Assembly (NCBI GenBank): GCA_018660965.1
Contig: JABJJH010000037.1
Span: forward strand, 1 to 45,868
Length of the DNA stretch: 45,868 nt
Source of the DNA: Rhodospirillaceae bacterium
GTDB lineage: Bacteria > Pseudomonadota > Alphaproteobacteria > UBA8366 > GCA-2717185
Direction: 5' to 3'
The position numbers and the translations under genes are program-made. How positions within the stretch are numbered: the stretch's first letter is position 1; every line of letters starts with the position of its first letter. The notes under the pieces were generated by a model. It did not search any database. It had not been told where the DNA came from and worked only from the letters and a program-made list of their open reading frames with translations. Shown here in pieces: positions 17,708 through 28,405 of the stretch.

Positions 17708-18847
17708 ATGGCGCGGGTCCTTTTCCACGTTCAACATTTGCTGGGCATTGGTCACCAATCACGCGCCGCCGCGATCACGCGCGCCATGACCGCCGCTGGT
17801 CTCGACGTTATTTACGCCACGGGCGGATTTCCCGACTCCACACTCGACCTTGGCGGCGCAAGCGTCGTGCAATTACCGCCCGCCCGCGCCCGCGACGCCA
17901 CTTTCAAAACGGTATTGGACGAAACCGGGCGCCCCATCGACGACGCCTGGGAAACCCGGCGGCGCGAGGCGTTGCTCGCCGCGTATCACACGGCCAAACC
18001 CGACGCCGTCCTCGTCGAAGGGTATCCCTTCGCGCGACGGCGATTTCGCTTCGAGCTATTACCGTTGTTACAAGCCACCAAGGACGACGGCGCACCCGTC
18101 GCAGTGTCGGTGCGGGACATTGTTGCGCAGAAAAGCAGCCCCGCCCGCGCGCAGGAGACCGTTGATATTGTCCAACGTTTTTGTACATCCGTGCTTGTGC
18201 ATGGCGATGCGGCGTTCATTTCGTTCAACGCGACATTTCCCGCCGCAGCCGACATCGCCGATAAAATCCGCTACACCGGCTATGTTTCGCCTCCGTTTAC
18301 ACCCCCCCAGAAAGCTCCAACCCGCGACGGCGTGGTTGTTTCGGTCGGTGGCGGCGCCGTCGGCGGGCCGTTAATACGATGCGCCCTGGCGGCGCGACCG
18401 TTGACCCGCCTCCGCGACGCGCCATGGCGATTTATGACCGGCCCGAACCTTCCTGAACCGGACCGTCGCGCGTTGTCGGCGTCTGACGGCGTTTCAATCG
18501 AACAATTCAGTTCCGATTTTCGCGGCCTGTTGTCGCGCGCCGCCGTGTCGATAAGCCAGGCGGGCTATAATACCGTCATGGATGTACTGATCACCCGCAC
18601 TCCCGCCGTGTTGGTCCCGTTCAGCCAGGAAGGGGAAATCGAACAAACCATTCGAGCCGAATTATTGACCCATCAATCGGGATTCAAATTTGTTCCGGAA
18701 CCGGAATTAACTGCCAAGCGCCTGGCGCTCGCCGTGGACGAGGTCGTTTTCGATACCGCGCCGACAACCTCAATCCACACCATGAACATGGACGGCGCGG
18801 CGGAAACCGCAAAGATTATGCTTCATCTTGCCTCTTTAAAGCGCTGA
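17708..18847 (+). CDS. Glycosyltransferase, GT-B fold (paralog-like of 13444-14673)
   Basis: RVLFHVQHLLGIGHQSR and SQAGYNTVMDVLITRTPAVLVP mirror the motifs of the first glycosyltransferase. The start could also be ATG 17690. Confidence 0.7.
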   Translation: MARVLFHVQHLLGIGHQSRAAAITRAMTAAGLDVIYATGGFPDSTLDLGGASVVQLPPARARDATFKTVLDETGRPIDDAWETRRREALLAAYHTAKPDAVLVEGYPFARRRFRFELLPLLQATKDDGAPVAVSVRDIVAQKSSPARAQETVDIVQRFCTSVLVHGDAAFISFNATFPAAADIADKIRYTGYVSPPFTPPQKAPTRDGVVVSVGGGAVGGPLIRCALAARPLTRLRDAPWRFMTGPNLPEPDRRALSASDGVSIEQFSSDFRGLLSRAAVSISQAGYNTVMDVLITRTPAVLVPFSQEGEIEQTIRAELLTHQSGFKFVPEPELTAKRLALAVDEVVFDTAPTTSIHTMNMDGAAETAKIMLHLASLKR

Positions 18848-18870
18848 TCGAATTCGCTATACAGAATCAC

Positions 18871-19632
18871 ATGCCTCAATTGCGCTACGCCGACGAGCAA
18901 ACAGGTTGGGCCGCGTTCTTCGCGGAACTCGACGCATGGCGTGACGCCGGACGTGTCGCGACGTTCTGGTGGCGCGACGACGATGCGACGGACGAGACCC
19001 CGGCGTTGACGCGCTTGCTGGACATTGCAGGCGACATACCGGTTTCGTTGGCGTCGATCCCCCGCGATGCGACGACCGCGTTGGCGAACGCCATCGCCGA
19101 CCAGCCCAACGTATCGGTGCTTCAGCATGGATATGCGCACACCAATCATGCGCCGCCTCTGGAAAAAAAGGCCGAGTTCGGACCCCACAGGCCCCTTGAT
19201 GCGATGCAACGGGACCTGACGACCGGATTCATACGACTGCGCGACCTTTTCGGTCCCCGCTTCCAGGCGATATTCGTTCCGCCTTGGAATCGAATGGCGG
19301 ATAGCGTCGCGCCCCTGTTACCACAGGTTGGGTTGCAATCGTTTTCAACCTATGGACTGACGCAGAAGTCCCTGGCCGCGCCGCAAGTCAATACACACGC
19401 CGACATCATCAATTGGCGCGGTGGCCGTACCTTTCTGGGGGAAAGCGCCGTCCTCGACCTCATGACAAACCACCTTTCGGCGCGCCGTCGAGGCGACGCG
19501 GCGGAAAATGCGCCAACCGGGCTGTTGACTCATCATTTGGTCCACGATGACGCCTGTTGGCGGTTCACCGGGGATCTGGTGCAGGCCGTCACGGACCACC
19601 CTGCAGCCTCATGGAAAGCGCCGACGGCATGA
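18871..19632 (+). CDS. Polysaccharide-deacetylase-like family protein
   Basis: FWWRDDDAT...LQHGYAHTNHAP...FVPPWNR, a motif pattern I associate with proteins annotated as the polysaccharide deacetylase family in alphaproteobacteria. Family assignment is from memory only. Confidence 0.55.
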   Translation: MPQLRYADEQTGWAAFFAELDAWRDAGRVATFWWRDDDATDETPALTRLLDIAGDIPVSLASIPRDATTALANAIADQPNVSVLQHGYAHTNHAPPLEKKAEFGPHRPLDAMQRDLTTGFIRLRDLFGPRFQAIFVPPWNRMADSVAPLLPQVGLQSFSTYGLTQKSLAAPQVNTHADIINWRGGRTFLGESAVLDLMTNHLSARRRGDAAENAPTGLLTHHLVHDDACWRFTGDLVQAVTDHPAASWKAPTA

Positions 19633-20126
19633 ACGCCGCCCACCAATACCCCCTGAACAGCCTTTACGGCGATTACATTCGCGCGGCGATCGGCGTGGGA
19701 TTTTGCAGTGTCCCTTTATCTTTTGTTAACGACAGCCCAGTATTGTTAACCATTCTTGCCGGAGTCTTATTATTATTCTTGGGCTTTGGCGCGAAGACGG
19801 CCATGCGGCATTTGACCGTCATTCAAACCGAAGAAGAAGGCATCATCGCCAACGGACCATTTGGTCGGCGGATCGCCTGGCGGGATATTAATAAGGTAGC
19901 CCTTAAATTTTATTCGACGCGCCGTGATACTAAAGAAGGTTGGATGCAATTGACGATATTCGGCGCAACGGGAAAATTGACGATCGAATCCTCTTTGGAC
20001 GGGTTCAACGATGTCGCCAATTCCGTCATTCAGGCCGGTTTTCGCAACAACGCGCAAATGGACGAAACGACAATGGAAAATGTCGCCGCCCTGGGCATTG
20101 TCGTTGATATGGCGGATGGAGCGTAA
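19629..20126 (+). CDS. Hypothetical small membrane protein (two predicted helices plus a beta-rich, PH-like C-terminal domain)
   Basis: ATGA overlap with the upstream stop. Hydrophobic stretches [14 protein letters not shown] and [16 protein letters not shown], then [18 protein letters not shown]...[16 protein letters not shown]. Confidence 0.5.
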   Translation: MNAAHQYPLNSLYGDYIRAAIGVGFCSVPLSFVNDSPVLLTILAGVLLLFLGFGAKTAMRHLTVIQTEEEGIIANGPFGRRIAWRDINKVALKFYSTRRDTKEGWMQLTIFGATGKLTIESSLDGFNDVANSVIQAGFRNNAQMDETTMENVAALGIVVDMADGA

Positions 20127-20130
20127 AAGA

Positions 20131-22020
20131 ATGTCGCCCGCCTTGCTCAGCATCGAAAACCTGAAGGTCCAGTTCACCTTGCCCGAAGGTATTATCGAAG
20201 CGGTCAAAGGCGTTTCCTTTCAAATTCAGCAAGGCCAGACCGTAGCTCTGGTCGGTGAATCCGGATCGGGGAAATCCGTCATCTCACAATGCATCATGGG
20301 CATCCTGCCCAAGGCCGCGTCAATTTCGTCGGGCCGGATTTTATACAATGACCCGAAAGACCCGGGAGACGCGATCGACATCGCGGCGCTCAACCCGGAC
20401 AGCGCGGCGATGCGCGCCGTCCGCGGCAGCCACATCTCCATAATTTTTCAAGAGCCAATGACGTCCCTGTCACCGCTGCACACGGTCGGCGATCAGGTCA
20501 GCGAAGCGCTTCATCTGCATCGCAAAACCAGCAGGGCGGAAGGGCTGGAGATCACCCAGGATATGCTGCGTCTAGTCGGATTCCCCGACCCGGCTCGCGC
20601 GCTACGAACCTATCCGTTTGAATTATCCGGTGGTCTGCGGCAACGCACGATGATCGCCATGGCGCTGGTGTGCCGCCCCAGCCTGTTGATCGCGGACGAA
20701 CCGACGACGGCGCTTGACGTCACGATCCAGGCGCAGATCCTCAAATTGCTCCGCGATCTTCAAGGCGAACTCGGTATGGCCGTACTGATGATTACACATG
20801 ACCTTGGCGTCGTCGCCAACATGGCGGAAAACATCGTCGTCATGCATCATGGCGAAGTTATGGAGTCCGGGGGCCTCAACGACATTTTTCGCAATCCCCA
20901 ACACCCCTACCTCAAAGCGCTGCACAAGGCCGTACCGCGCTTCGATTTGGCGCCCGGCGAACGCTTGGTGCCCATTCGCGAAATCGAACATCACAAGGGC
21001 TTCCTTCAAGAAGCAAAGGAGCCTTGGCCGGAAACCGCCGGCGCGGAAGCGCCCCTGCTGAAGGTGGAAAACCTGTCCAAAGCATTCCAGATTCGCAAAA
21101 GCAGCCTCTTCGGCGGCGCGGCGGGACAGGTCAAGGCAGTCGATGGCGTCAGCTTCGAAATCCCCCGCGGCGAATGTCTGGGCCTTGTCGGGGAAAGCGG
21201 CTGCGGCAAAACCACATTGTCGAAAATGCTGATGCGCGCGCTGTCGCCCGATACCGGCGCGGTGACCTATAACGACCGCGGCGCGCTTGTCGATGTGTTG
21301 GCGCTAACACAACATGAATTAACGTCCTTTCGCCGCAAGATGCAGTTTATCTTTCAAGATCCCTTCAGCTCGCTTAATCCCCGCATGCCGGTCTTCGACA
21401 TCATCACCGAACCGCTGGTCATTCATGGAATCGGCGATGACGATAGCCGCCGGGAAGCGGCGCGCGAGTTGATGCGCCTGGTCGGTTTGGACGTTCGGCA
21501 TCTCAACCGCTATCCGCACAGTTTTTCGGGCGGCCAACGCCAACGCATCGGCATTGCCCGCGCCCTGGCGCTGCAACCCGATTTGTTAATTTGCGACGAA
21601 CCGGTCTCCGCGCTGGATGTATCAATTCAGGCGCAAATCCTCAACCTTCTCAAAGATTTGCAGACCGAGCTCGGGCTTACCTATTTGTTCATTTCCCACA
21701 ATTTAGCGGTCGTGAACTATATTGCCGACAACATCGCGGTCATGTGCCACGGGCAACTGGTCGAACAAGCCCCGCGCGACATTTTGTTCAAACGACCAAC
21801 GCACCCCTACACCCAGGCGCTGCTGCAAGCCGTGCCGGAAGCCAATCTGAACGCACCGTTGAATTTCGATCATCTCATGGCGGAAAAGGCGTCCACGCCA
21901 TCACAATGGCCGCACCCCTTCGCCGATTTAGACGGAACCCGCCCTGTTCTGCGGGACATCGGAGATGGCCATATTGTCCGCGCTTTGGCGGACGCCGAAA
22001 TTCGGGAACCAGCATCGTGA
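20131..22020 (+). CDS. Fused double-NBD ABC ATPase of a PepT (peptide/opine/nickel) type importer
   Basis: Two complete cassettes: [28 protein letters not shown] and [31 protein letters not shown] 20131 is preceded by GGAG. Confidence 0.92.
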   Translation: MSPALLSIENLKVQFTLPEGIIEAVKGVSFQIQQGQTVALVGESGSGKSVISQCIMGILPKAASISSGRILYNDPKDPGDAIDIAALNPDSAAMRAVRGSHISIIFQEPMTSLSPLHTVGDQVSEALHLHRKTSRAEGLEITQDMLRLVGFPDPARALRTYPFELSGGLRQRTMIAMALVCRPSLLIADEPTTALDVTIQAQILKLLRDLQGELGMAVLMITHDLGVVANMAENIVVMHHGEVMESGGLNDIFRNPQHPYLKALHKAVPRFDLAPGERLVPIREIEHHKGFLQEAKEPWPETAGAEAPLLKVENLSKAFQIRKSSLFGGAAGQVKAVDGVSFEIPRGECLGLVGESGCGKTTLSKMLMRALSPDTGAVTYNDRGALVDVLALTQHELTSFRRKMQFIFQDPFSSLNPRMPVFDIITEPLVIHGIGDDDSRREAARELMRLVGLDVRHLNRYPHSFSGGQRQRIGIARALALQPDLLICDEPVSALDVSIQAQILNLLKDLQTELGLTYLFISHNLAVVNYIADNIAVMCHGQLVEQAPRDILFKRPTHPYTQALLQAVPEANLNAPLNFDHLMAEKASTPSQWPHPFADLDGTRPVLRDIGDGHIVRALADAEIREPAS

Positions 22021-23969
22021 CTTCAGCCTCCTTTCGCGCCGCCCCTTTGTTGATGGCGCTGGCGTTGATGACTGGCGCCATGGCCCCGGTCAGCGCCGTC
22101 GCGGCGTCTTATATCGAAACGCCCGTATTTGCGGCGGACGTTGCGGCGGGAAAATTGCCGCCCGTCGCGGGACGCCTGCCGGAAACGCCCTACCTTCGAC
22201 CCATGAACCAGATGGATCAAACCATCGGGCGCCACGGCGGAACCATGACGATGCTGATGGCGCGACCGAAAGATATTCGGTTGATGATCGTCTATGGCTA
22301 TGCGCGACTGGTCGCATACGGTCGCGACCTTCGAATCGATCCCGATATCTTGCGCGATTTAGAGATTGAGGACGGTCGAAAGTTCACCCTTCACCTTCGG
22401 CCCGGCCATAAATGGTCGGATGGCGCGCCGTTCACCACCGAGGATTTTCGCTATTATTGGGAAGACGTGGCGAACCACGACATGCTGGCGCCGACGGGTC
22501 CGCCAGCCGTGCTGCGTGTGAATGGCAAACCACCGGTCGTCACCATCATCGACGAAACCACCATTCGCTATGAATGGGAAAGTCCGAACCCGGCGTTTCT
22601 GCCGGCCCTTGCCGGCGCGCGCCCGCTATATATCTACCGGCCCGCCCATTACCTTCGCAAATATCACGCGCGCTACAAGGACAAAGCCAAGCTAAACGCC
22701 AAAGCGAAAAAGAAAGGGCAGCGAAACTGGGCGGCCCTGCACAACAAGCTGGACCACCAGTACAAAAACAAAAATATCCGCTTGCCCTCACTTCAGCCCT
22801 GGGTCAACACCACCAAGGGACCGTCGGAACAATACATCTTCAAGCGCAACCCGTATTATCACAAGGTCGACCCGGAAGGCCGCCAATTACCTTATATCGA
22901 TCGCGTCGTCTTTAGCATCGCCAGCGGCAAGATCATTCCCGCCAAGGTGGGAACGGGCCAGGCCGATTTGCAGGCGCGTTATCTGCGCTTTGATAACTTC
23001 ACCTTTCTAAAGCGCAACGAGAAGAAAAGCGGATTTAACACCCGTCTGTGGCGCACCGGCAAGGGCGCGCATATGGCGCTTTTTCCCAACCTCAACACCA
23101 ACGATCCGGTGTGGCGAAAACTACTGCGTGACGTGCGCTTCCGTCGCGCGCTGTCGCTCGCCATCAACCGCCATGAATTAAACCGGGTGATTTATTTCGG
23201 TCTGGCGCTGGAGGCGCAAAACACGGTGCTTCCCGATAGTCCACTATTTCGCGAGCAGTATCAGAAAAGCTGGACCCAATACGATATCGCCGAAGCGAAC
23301 CGGCTGCTTGATTCGATGGGACTGGAAAAGCGCGACAGCCGTGGCATCCGTCTTCTGCCCGATGGTCGCCCGCTTGACATTATCGTTGAATCCACCGGCG
23401 AAAGCACCGAAGAAGCGGATGTTCTGGAGTTGATCCAGGATAGCTGGCGCCTGGTTGGCGCGAAACTACACACCAAACCGACGCAGCGGGAGGTCATGCG
23501 CAACCGCATCTACGCCGGCGAAACCGTTATGGCGATTTCCTCCGGCATGGATAATGGCCTGCCCACCGCCGACATGGATCCAGAAGAACTCGCGCCAACA
23601 TCGCAGGTTCAATATCAATGGCCTAAATGGGGACAGAACCATGAAACCATGGGCCGCACGGGGGAGGCGATCGACATGCCCGAGCCGAAGCGGTTAAAGG
23701 CGCTTCATGAACAATGGCTGCGCGCCACGTCAAGCGAAACCCGGGAGATGATCTGGCATGACATGCTGGCGATCCACGCCGGTCAACTTTATTCCATTGG
23801 TCTTATTGCAGGCGTCCTCCAACCCGTCGTAGTGCGCACGACAATGCGCAACGTGCCGGTCCAAGGCATCTATACATGGTTGCCCTGCGCGCAATTCGGC
23901 ATGTACGAACCAGACAGTTTCTGGTTCGCCGACGCCGCCGCTCCGATAAAACAAGCCGCATCCAGGTAA
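22017..23969 (+). CDS. ABC transporter substrate-binding protein, family 5
   Basis: Signal-like N-terminus ([20 protein letters not shown]) and a long SBP_bac_5-like body ([11 protein letters not shown]..., [10 protein letters not shown]). GTG 22017 overlaps the ATPase stop (GTGA). Confidence 0.88.
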   Translation: MTSASFRAAPLLMALALMTGAMAPVSAVAASYIETPVFAADVAAGKLPPVAGRLPETPYLRPMNQMDQTIGRHGGTMTMLMARPKDIRLMIVYGYARLVAYGRDLRIDPDILRDLEIEDGRKFTLHLRPGHKWSDGAPFTTEDFRYYWEDVANHDMLAPTGPPAVLRVNGKPPVVTIIDETTIRYEWESPNPAFLPALAGARPLYIYRPAHYLRKYHARYKDKAKLNAKAKKKGQRNWAALHNKLDHQYKNKNIRLPSLQPWVNTTKGPSEQYIFKRNPYYHKVDPEGRQLPYIDRVVFSIASGKIIPAKVGTGQADLQARYLRFDNFTFLKRNEKKSGFNTRLWRTGKGAHMALFPNLNTNDPVWRKLLRDVRFRRALSLAINRHELNRVIYFGLALEAQNTVLPDSPLFREQYQKSWTQYDIAEANRLLDSMGLEKRDSRGIRLLPDGRPLDIIVESTGESTEEADVLELIQDSWRLVGAKLHTKPTQREVMRNRIYAGETVMAISSGMDNGLPTADMDPEELAPTSQVQYQWPKWGQNHETMGRTGEAIDMPEPKRLKALHEQWLRATSSETREMIWHDMLAIHAGQLYSIGLIAGVLQPVVVRTTMRNVPVQGIYTWLPCAQFGMYEPDSFWFADAAAPIKQAASR

Positions 23970-23981
23970 GGCAAAGGCATA

Positions 23982-24980
23982 ATGCTCGAGTATATCGCCC
24001 GCCGCATTCTGGTGATGATCCCAACGCTGCTGGTGATCAGCGCATTGGTTTTCATCATCATCCAGTTGCCGCCCGGCGACTATTTCACGACCTACATGAA
24101 TGAGCTGCAAAGCCGCGGCGAATCCATCGACGAAGCAAAGATCGCATTCATCAAGCAGCAATACGGTTTCGATAAATCGATGGTGGAGCAATATTTCACC
24201 TGGGTGGTGGGCATGCTGCATGGCGATTTTGGCTATTCCTTCGAATACAGTCAACCGGTGTCGGATGTCATCGGCGACCGTTTGCTTTTAAGTTTCATCG
24301 TGTCGTTTACGACAATTGTGTTTACCTGGATCGTGGCGTTTCCGATTGGCGTTTATTCGGCCGTGCGGCAATACAGCATCGGCGATTACAGCCTGACGTT
24401 TCTTGGTTTCCTGGGATTGGCGACGCCAAATTTTCTACTGGCGCTGGTGCTGCAATGGCTCGCGTTCAGCACGTTCGGCACGTCCATCGGCGGCCTGATG
24501 GACCCGCAATACATCGAGGCCGGGTGGTCGCTCGACAAGGCGATGTCGATCCTCGAACATCTTTGGGTGCCGGTTCTGGTCATCGGGACGTCGGGTACGG
24601 CGGGCATGATCCGGCGACTGCGCGCCAATCTTCTGGACGAATTGAACAAGCAATATTACGTGACCGCGCGCGCCAAGGGGTTGCCGCCGGGCCGGGCGCT
24701 TTTTAAATATCCATTGCGCATGTCGTTGAACCCGTTCATCGCGGATATCGGCAATTTGTTGCCCGAAATTATTTCCGGAGCCGCGATCGTGTCCATTGTG
24801 CTGTCGCTCCCGACCACGGGACCGATGCTGCTGACCGCGCTGCAAAGCCAGGACATGTATCTCGCCGGGTCGTTCCTGATGTGCCTGGCGACGCTGACCG
24901 TCATCGGCACGCTGCTGTCCGATTTAGCGCTGGCTGCGCTTGATCCGCGCATTCGGCTTGGCGGAGGGGCGAGCCGATGA
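23982..24980 (+). CDS. ABC transporter permease (DppB/OppB-like)
   Basis: MLEYIARRILVMIPTLLVISALVFIIIQLPPGD opening and the permease EAA-region YYVTARAKGLP. Confidence 0.92.
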   Translation: MLEYIARRILVMIPTLLVISALVFIIIQLPPGDYFTTYMNELQSRGESIDEAKIAFIKQQYGFDKSMVEQYFTWVVGMLHGDFGYSFEYSQPVSDVIGDRLLLSFIVSFTTIVFTWIVAFPIGVYSAVRQYSIGDYSLTFLGFLGLATPNFLLALVLQWLAFSTFGTSIGGLMDPQYIEAGWSLDKAMSILEHLWVPVLVIGTSGTAGMIRRLRANLLDELNKQYYVTARAKGLPPGRALFKYPLRMSLNPFIADIGNLLPEIISGAAIVSIVLSLPTTGPMLLTALQSQDMYLAGSFLMCLATLTVIGTLLSDLALAALDPRIRLGGGASR

Positions 24981-26134
24981 AACACTTTGTTAACGACGCG
25001 CCCTTCGACCCTTATGTCGCCGACACACTGACGCCGGAACAGGAACGCTATTACATGGCGTCGCAATGGCGCTTGATGTGGTGGAAGTTCAGGCGCCACC
25101 GGCTGGCCGTGGTCAGCGGCGCGTTTTTGTTGGTGGTGTACCTATCCATCGCTATCAGCGAAATGCTGGCGCCTTACGATTTACAAGCGCGGCACACCGA
25201 CTATTTATACGCGCCGCCGCAATCGATTCATCTGTTCCACGAGGGCGAATTCGTCGGTCCGTTCGTGTATGGCTACAATGTCAGCCTTAACCTGGAACAT
25301 TTGCAGTGGGTCTATACCGATAACAATACCCGCGTTCAGAAACTCCGGTTTTTTTGTAACAGCGCGGACTACGACGGCGCGCGTTATGAATTCTGGAATC
25401 TGTTCGAGGCTCAGTTTCACATGGTGTGCCCGGCGGCGGGTGGACAGTTGTTTTTCCTGGGCACAGACCGCCTGGGCCGGGATGTGTTGAGCCGAGTCCT
25501 CTACGGCGCGCGCATATCGCTGACCGTCGGGCTGATCGGCATTATCATTAGCTTCGTCATGGGTCTGACCATCGGCGGCCTCGCCGGGTATTACGGAGGT
25601 ATGATCGATTCCGTCGTGCAGCGGATCATCGAAATCATTCGCTCTTTCCCATCCTTGCCGTTGTGGATGGCCCTGTCGGCGATTCTGCCGGTGACGTGGA
25701 GTCCCATTCTGGTCTTCGCGGGCATTACGGTCATTCTCGGCATGCTGGATTGGCCCGGATTGGCGCGCGCGGTGCGCTCAAAACTGCTGGCCTTGCGCGA
25801 GGAGGATTTTTGCGTCGCGGCCCAGCTAATGGGCGCCAAGCCAAGCCGGATCATCGGACGTCATTTGTTGCCCAGCTTCATGAGCCATCTGATCGCATCG
25901 GCCACCTTGTCGATTCCGAGTATGATATTAGGTGAAACGGCGTTGAGTTTCCTGGGCTTGGGCCTGCGCCCGCCGATCACCAGTTGGGGTGTCCTGTTAA
26001 ACGAAGCGCAAAACATTAACGTCGTCGCGTTGTACCCCTGGCTGATGTATCCGGTTGTCCCGGTAATCCTGATCGTGCTGGCGTTCCAGTTCCTCGGCGA
26101 TGGTTTGCGTGACGCCGCCGATCCGTACAAGTAG
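24977..26134 (+). CDS. ABC transporter permease (DppC/OppC-like, long N-terminal extension)
   Basis: LGTDRLGRDVLSRVLYGARISL and EDFCVAAQLMGAKPSRII. ATGA overlap with the upstream permease. Confidence 0.92.
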   Translation: MKHFVNDAPFDPYVADTLTPEQERYYMASQWRLMWWKFRRHRLAVVSGAFLLVVYLSIAISEMLAPYDLQARHTDYLYAPPQSIHLFHEGEFVGPFVYGYNVSLNLEHLQWVYTDNNTRVQKLRFFCNSADYDGARYEFWNLFEAQFHMVCPAAGGQLFFLGTDRLGRDVLSRVLYGARISLTVGLIGIIISFVMGLTIGGLAGYYGGMIDSVVQRIIEIIRSFPSLPLWMALSAILPVTWSPILVFAGITVILGMLDWPGLARAVRSKLLALREEDFCVAAQLMGAKPSRIIGRHLLPSFMSHLIASATLSIPSMILGETALSFLGLGLRPPITSWGVLLNEAQNINVVALYPWLMYPVVPVILIVLAFQFLGDGLRDAADPYK

Positions 26135-26138
26135 GGCA

Positions 26139-27485
26139 TTATCGGGCCAGGACGATCACATCGACCGGGCTGGCGACGCCTTCAATGGTCATGAGCGACC
26201 GGTCACGCGGCGCCGCCAACGCATAGCCCTGCGCTTTACCGTGTTCGTAAACAACGGCGGTGACCAGCGCCCGCGTACCCGCCGACCGATTATGTTTTTC
26301 CAACTTGGCGCTAAGGTTCACCGGTTCGCCGATCACGGTGTATTCCAAACGAGTTTCGTCGCCAACCGCGCCGAACACGACGCGCCCGGACGCCACGGCC
26401 ATGCCAATCTGGATGGGATCCAGCCCCGCCGCCCGGCGCTCCTCGTTCCAGGCGTCCGCGACCGCCACCAATTCATCCACAGCATTCAACGCATCGACGG
26501 CGTAACGGTCACTCGGCAACACGGCGCCGAAAGTCGCCAAAATGCCGTCGCCCAGGAATTTATCGATGTTGCCGCCATGTTTCTGGATCACCGGAACCAT
26601 GCGAGATTCATAGTCGTGCAGTAATTTTATCAGGGCGGATGGGTCCATTGTCCCAGCCAGGGCGGTGAACCCGCGAATATCCACGTTCAGGATTGCCGCT
26701 TCGCGCGCCTCGCCTTCACCGGGCTTCACCTGATGCGTCGACCCGGTGATTTTCGAAGCGATTTCCGGCGAAAAGAATCGCGACAAATCCTGATGCGCGG
26801 CGGTTTCAATCACGGAGCTTTCCAGCAACCGACGCGCCCGGCGCAACGCCACGGCCAAAACCACCGTCACCACAAGAATGGAAATGATCTTGTCGAACTC
26901 AGCACCGAGCAACACGCTGTTCGATGTCATGTAGTCCACGTAGTTGCGCGTGATCATCGTATCTTCCGGGTCGATTTTGACGACATAGACGACCAGCGCA
27001 AGCCAGCCAAGCGCCGCCGTCACCCCGGCGAGAAGAACATAGCGCGCCTCAAACCGCAGCGCGCGCAAGGCTATAAAGATGAAAACGTACAGCAATGTCG
27101 GCGCCTTCAAATAAAACGATGCCGGTTGATCGTATTGAACGTGAAAGCTCCAAATCAGCGTCATCAACAGCGCCATGTCGGCGACCACCGAAACCGCCAA
27201 AAACCAACCTGGCAACCGAATGCGAAAGGACAGCCAGATGCGAAATACCGTAAACAGAAAATAAATCGCCAGGGTCATGCCAACCGGCGTCATCCACGGC
27301 GCCACGGACGATGTTTTCGGTGCAATCGCGTATAGTGTTCCGAACGTCAAAACCACGCCGAGCTGGGTCCAAGCGATCAGCCGTTCGCTGGCGTCCTGTT
27401 GGCGCCGGATCGCTTCTTGAATCCGAACGGATGTTTCGCCCTTCAGATGCCGGGCCGTTAACGCGTTCTTGTCTTCGCCAAACAT
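26139..27485 (-). CDS. Membrane-anchored class III adenylate/guanylate cyclase
   Basis: About 220 aa multi-helix N-terminal domain, then AILNVDIRGFTALAG...GGNIDKFLGDGILATFGA...GDETRLEYTVIGEPVNLSAKLE. Confidence 0.88.
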   Translation of the reverse strand: MFGEDKNALTARHLKGETSVRIQEAIRRQQDASERLIAWTQLGVVLTFGTLYAIAPKTSSVAPWMTPVGMTLAIYFLFTVFRIWLSFRIRLPGWFLAVSVVADMALLMTLIWSFHVQYDQPASFYLKAPTLLYVFIFIALRALRFEARYVLLAGVTAALGWLALVVYVVKIDPEDTMITRNYVDYMTSNSVLLGAEFDKIISILVVTVVLAVALRRARRLLESSVIETAAHQDLSRFFSPEIASKITGSTHQVKPGEGEAREAAILNVDIRGFTALAGTMDPSALIKLLHDYESRMVPVIQKHGGNIDKFLGDGILATFGAVLPSDRYAVDALNAVDELVAVADAWNEERRAAGLDPIQIGMAVASGRVVFGAVGDETRLEYTVIGEPVNLSAKLEKHNRSAGTRALVTAVVYEHGKAQGYALAAPRDRSLMTIEGVASPVDVIVLAR

Positions 27486-27556
27486 CGCCGCACCACCTAC
27501 TGGTTTCCACCTCGGGTATGTATCCGTTTCAGAACAAAATCCCGATCAATCCTGCA

Positions 27557-28405
27557 TCACCCTTTCTTGAGCCACAGACTCGATTCCACCGCGCCGTCAA
27601 GCAGCGGTAGTTCTGACACCCGCGACGCCTTAAACTCCTCAAACATCCGGGTTAGAACATATTGACTTGAAAACACGGGCTCCCACCCGCCGCCGCTCAA
27701 CAGCGCCGCGACGCCTTGCTGTTCATTGTAGCCCCGCCACGCCCAAGGGCGCGGATAGCCGTCCGGCAAAAACATATCGTGGATATGCACATAAACGCCC
27801 GAGGACAACGCGGGCGACACCCGATTCAACAACAGATCAACATCGCTGCCCGGCATCAGGATGTGACTTGAATCAATCGACAGGATATCGCCGGAACCGA
27901 GTGCGGCAAAGACATCGCTTTCCACGGACTGCACAACCGAACGCCGCAAACGCACATTCGTCAGTCCTTCCAAGTCCGCGCGCGGCGCGGGGTCGATGGC
28001 GGTAATAACCGTCGCGAGACCCCCGTCTTGGACAGCGCGCGCAAAAAACCGGGTGGAATGCCCGGAACCGACTTCCACAATTCGCGCGGGCTTCAGGCTT
28101 CGGGTCAAGCCATACGCCATAGCAGCGTCAAGTCTTGGAAACCAGTCCTGTCGCCAGCGCGGCGCCGACGGCGAAGCCGCACCTATACCCGACAATTCCG
28201 GCCAATACCGGTTCATATCGGTAAGTCGTTCCGCGAAAGCGTCGGCATGGTCAGCGAATAGCCCCTCGATTGCGGCATACGGCGGCGCCGTTCGGTCGAT
28301 GGACCCAGCGTGACGATAGGGTATGAAGAATCCGCGGGGCGCCAACCCCAAAATAGTTGGCAGGCCATATTGAAGCCGCTTCCACCAACCGTGAAATCCG
28401 GTCAC
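27557..28405 (-). CDS. Class I SAM-dependent methyltransferase-like protein
   Basis: RIVEVGSGHSTRFFARAV (motif I-like). The GTG start overlaps the upstream MBL gene stop (GTGA). Confidence 0.6.
   Translation of the reverse strand: MTGFHGWWKRLQYGLPTILGLAPRGFFIPYRHAGSIDRTAPPYAAIEGLFADHADAFAERLTDMNRYWPELSGIGAASPSAPRWRQDWFPRLDAAMAYGLTRSLKPARIVEVGSGHSTRFFARAVQDGGLATVITAIDPAPRADLEGLTNVRLRRSVVQSVESDVFAALGSGDILSIDSSHILMPGSDVDLLLNRVSPALSSGVYVHIHDMFLPDGYPRPWAWRGYNEQQGVAALLSGGGWEPVFSSQYVLTRMFEEFKASRVSELPLLDGAVESSLWLKKG

Noticed and set aside
26100-27335. Plus-strand ORFs of 174 aa (26100-26624) and 200 aa (26733-27335) within the cyclase gene
   Set aside because: Both are antisense to a class III cyclase with intact catalytic motifs, and both are Arg/His-rich shadow translations.
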